DNA of 25,539 bases, from positions 1 to 25,539 of IMG/VR virus record IMGVR_UViG_3300048576_000501. One strand, written 5' to 3'. Numbering within the stretch: the first letter of the stretch is position 1; every line of letters begins with the position of its first letter. The stretch is from a virus (lineage: Duplodnaviria; Caudoviricetes). Below the pieces are notes generated by a model. It was not told where the DNA came from, did not search any database, and worked only from the letters and a program-made list of their open reading frames with translations. This document shows, piece by piece, positions 24,020 through 25,539 of the stretch. The position numbers were made by a program, and so were the translations under genes.

Positions 24020-24228
24020 GCGAAACATCACCCGAAACAGTTATACCACCCTCCGATTCTATCTTACTGAGCATTGCCCAGGTGTGCCGGTACTTGGGGG
24101 GAATATCTGAGGCGAAAGTGCGGGAATTGGTTTCTATGGGCCGTATGCCATCGCCTGTTAAGCTTGACCGCGTAGCACGATGGCGCCGCGCCGACTTGGA
24201 AGAATGGGCCGCTCAACTATCTTGCTAG
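24016..24228 (+). CDS. Excisionase / AlpA-like winged HTH protein
   Basis: LLSIAQVCRYLG.S...V...V..GRMPSPVKL.RVARWRRADLEEW; adjacent to the att end. Confidence 0.82.
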   Translation: MSETSPETVIPPSDSILLSIAQVCRYLGGISEAKVRELVSMGRMPSPVKLDRVARWRRADLEEWAAQLSC

Positions 24229-24280
24229 CCTTGCTAGTCTAATGCTAGTCGTAACAAACCGTTCCCTGTTCCTGCCAGTC
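24222..24280. repeat. Direct repeats TGC(T/C)AG(T/C)C, putative integrase arm-type sites
   Basis: TTGCTAGCC 24222, TTGCTAGTC 24231, ATGCTAGTC 24242, TGCCAGTC 24273. Confidence 0.6.
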
Positions 24281-24305
24281 CCTCGGTAGCAACTACGCAA
24301 AAATC

Positions 24306-24350
24306 AAAAAGGCCGCAAACCCTTATTTCAATTAGGTTTGCGGCCTTTTT
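24306..24350. terminator. Bidirectional rho-independent terminator
   Basis: AAAAAGGCCGCAAACC (24306-24321) / GGTTTGCGGCCTTTTT (24335-24350), between the convergent xis and tRNA genes. Confidence 0.85.
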
Positions 24351-24357
24351 CGTTACT

Positions 24358-24439
24358 TGCGGGCGAGAGGAGTCGAACCTCCACGGAGTTACCCACTAGA
24401 ACCTGAATCTAGCGCGTCTGCCAATTTCGCCACGCCCGC
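24358..24439 (-). tRNA. trnL: tRNA-Leu (anticodon CAG), CCA not encoded; probable prophage attachment site
   Basis: Reverse complement GCGGGCG...TGGCAGACGCG-CTAGA-TTCAGGT-TCTAG-long variable arm-GAGGTTCGACTCCTC...CGCCCGCA. Confidence 0.96.
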
Positions 24440-24451
24440 GTGGTCCAGATG

Positions 24452-24480
24452 AATATAGCAGGATCGGGCAGGGATGTAAA
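24452..24480 (-). promoter_or_regulatory. Sigma70-type promoter of tRNA-Leu
   Basis: Minus strand TTTACA, 17 bp, TATATT. Confidence 0.65.
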
Positions 24481-24561
24481 TCGGCAACCTGCAGATCAAG
24501 CGCGTTGCGGCCAAGCGGGGAATAAAGTAGTCTGCGCGGGTTTCCGATTCAGGAGTTTTTC

Positions 24562-25539
24562 ATGGTGCGCATTGCGATTGCCCAGTTACGGGACGGGGAC
24601 ACCGTCGATCAGGCCTTTGTGCTGGCTTCCAAGCAATTGGGCCAGACCTCGACCAATAAATTGTATATCAAGGCCGAATGTGCCGACGCCACCGGCCAGA
24701 TTCATTGCCGCGTCTGGAATGCCACACGCGAAATCTACGAACGGCTTCCCGCGGCAGGTTTTATCACGGTGCGCGGACGCGTGGAAACCTACCAGGGCCA
24801 TTTACAGATGGTCGCCGACACGATTCTACCCGTCGAAGACCGCTCCAAGCTCGACCTCTCGGACCTGATCAAGCACACCAAAAAGAACATCCCCGAAATG
24901 CACACGCGGGTACGGGAGATCCTCGGGCAGATCAAGGACAAGCAGCTCAAGGCCATCGTCGAGGAATTCCTCAACGATGCCGAGATCATGAAGAAATTCA
25001 TCGTCGCCCCGGCAGCCATGGGCCTGCATCACGCCTGGATCGGAGGCCTGCTGGAACATACCCTCTCCGTCCTGGAACTGGCTCTGCTCATCTGCCCCCG
25101 TTACCCCGATATCGACCAGGATCTCGTCCTGGCCGGGCTTTTCCTGCACGACATCGGCAAAACGGTCGAGCTCTCCTACGGTGCCGGCTTCGATTACACC
25201 GATGAGGGAAGACTCGTCGGCCACGTCAACCGCGCCGCCATTTGGATCGACCAAAAGGCCGCGGCAGCGGGCGCTAAACTCGGCGATACCATGCGCCGCG
25301 ATCTCGTCCTGGGGCTGATTCACATCGTCTTGTCCCATCACGGCGTGCCGGAATTCGGTGCGGCGACCCTTCCCAAGACGCCCGAAGCGATCCTCGTGAA
25401 TCTCATTGACAATTTGGACGCCAAGACCCAAATGGCCGTCGACGCCGTCGCGGCACCCTCCGAAGATGAAACCTGGACGGAGTTCCACAAAGCCTTCGGC
25501 ACCAAACTCTATCGCCCCAGCATCACGATTCGGGATTGA
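24562..25539 (+). CDS. yhaM: YhaM/Cbf1-family 3'-5' exoribonuclease (OB fold + HD domain), host gene
   Basis: N-terminal OB fold (DATGQI...W), PAA..LHHA..GGLLEH, LHDIGK, SHHG..EFG, DNLDAK; host-like high GC. Confidence 0.9.
   Translation: MVRIAIAQLRDGDTVDQAFVLASKQLGQTSTNKLYIKAECADATGQIHCRVWNATREIYERLPAAGFITVRGRVETYQGHLQMVADTILPVEDRSKLDLSDLIKHTKKNIPEMHTRVREILGQIKDKQLKAIVEEFLNDAEIMKKFIVAPAAMGLHHAWIGGLLEHTLSVLELALLICPRYPDIDQDLVLAGLFLHDIGKTVELSYGAGFDYTDEGRLVGHVNRAAIWIDQKAAAAGAKLGDTMRRDLVLGLIHIVLSHHGVPEFGAATLPKTPEAILVNLIDNLDAKTQMAVDAVAAPSEDETWTEFHKAFGTKLYRPSITIRD

Larger units (their letters stand above)
1..24357. mobile_element. Temperate siphovirus prophage (HK97-like head, non-contractile tail), right portion, integrated at the 3' end of tRNA-Leu
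   Basis: Contiguous replication, packaging, head, neck, tail and excisionase genes. The element ends at a tRNA 3' end with arm-type repeats, and base composition changes to host-like after the tRNA. Confidence 0.93.

Noticed and set aside
24222-24280. CRISPR-like array
   Set aside because: The repeats are 8-9 bp with no spacers of appropriate length, which fits integrase arm sites.
1-24357. Stop-codon reassignment in the prophage
   Set aside because: Core genes are full length under the standard code and end at TAA, TGA and TAG with tight couplings. No suppressor tRNA was seen.
24440-25488. Alternative ORFs 24440..24868, 24678..25205 and 24826..25488
   Set aside because: Out-of-frame or antisense shadows of the high-GC yhaM-like gene.

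Overview
Almost the whole window (1 to ~24357) is the right-hand part of a temperate HK97-like siphovirus prophage. It ends at the 3' end of a tRNA-Leu(CAG) gene (24358-24439, minus strand), followed by a higher-GC host gene for a YhaM-like OB-fold/HD exonuclease. The host is probably a Planctomycete; this is an inference from gene style only. Gene order: C5 DNA methyltransferase with a dual reading frame, primase-helicase, iteron-rich origin-like region, RHH repressor, RuvC-like resolvase, ECF-like sigma factor, HNH, putative cos, PLD-like nuclease, terS/terL, portal fused to a MuF-like domain, an inserted lysis-like/accessory block, prohead protease, capsid, neck, tail (with a -1 frameshifted chaperone), short tape measure, tail-tip genes including a BACON-like domain, a nucleotide-metabolism pair and an excisionase. 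The integrase is not in the window. Two non-coding signals stand out. First, three tRNA-mimic elements sit in late-operon intergenic spacers (4955-5008, 10878-10916, 17051-17120); all keep the acceptor-plus-T-arm geometry but have lost or corrupted the anticodon arm. Second, a 36-bp motif is repeated with identical spacing upstream of the phage sigma factor and upstream of the lysis-like block, a candidate phage-specific promoter. All family assignments come from motif recognition by eye, with no database searches.
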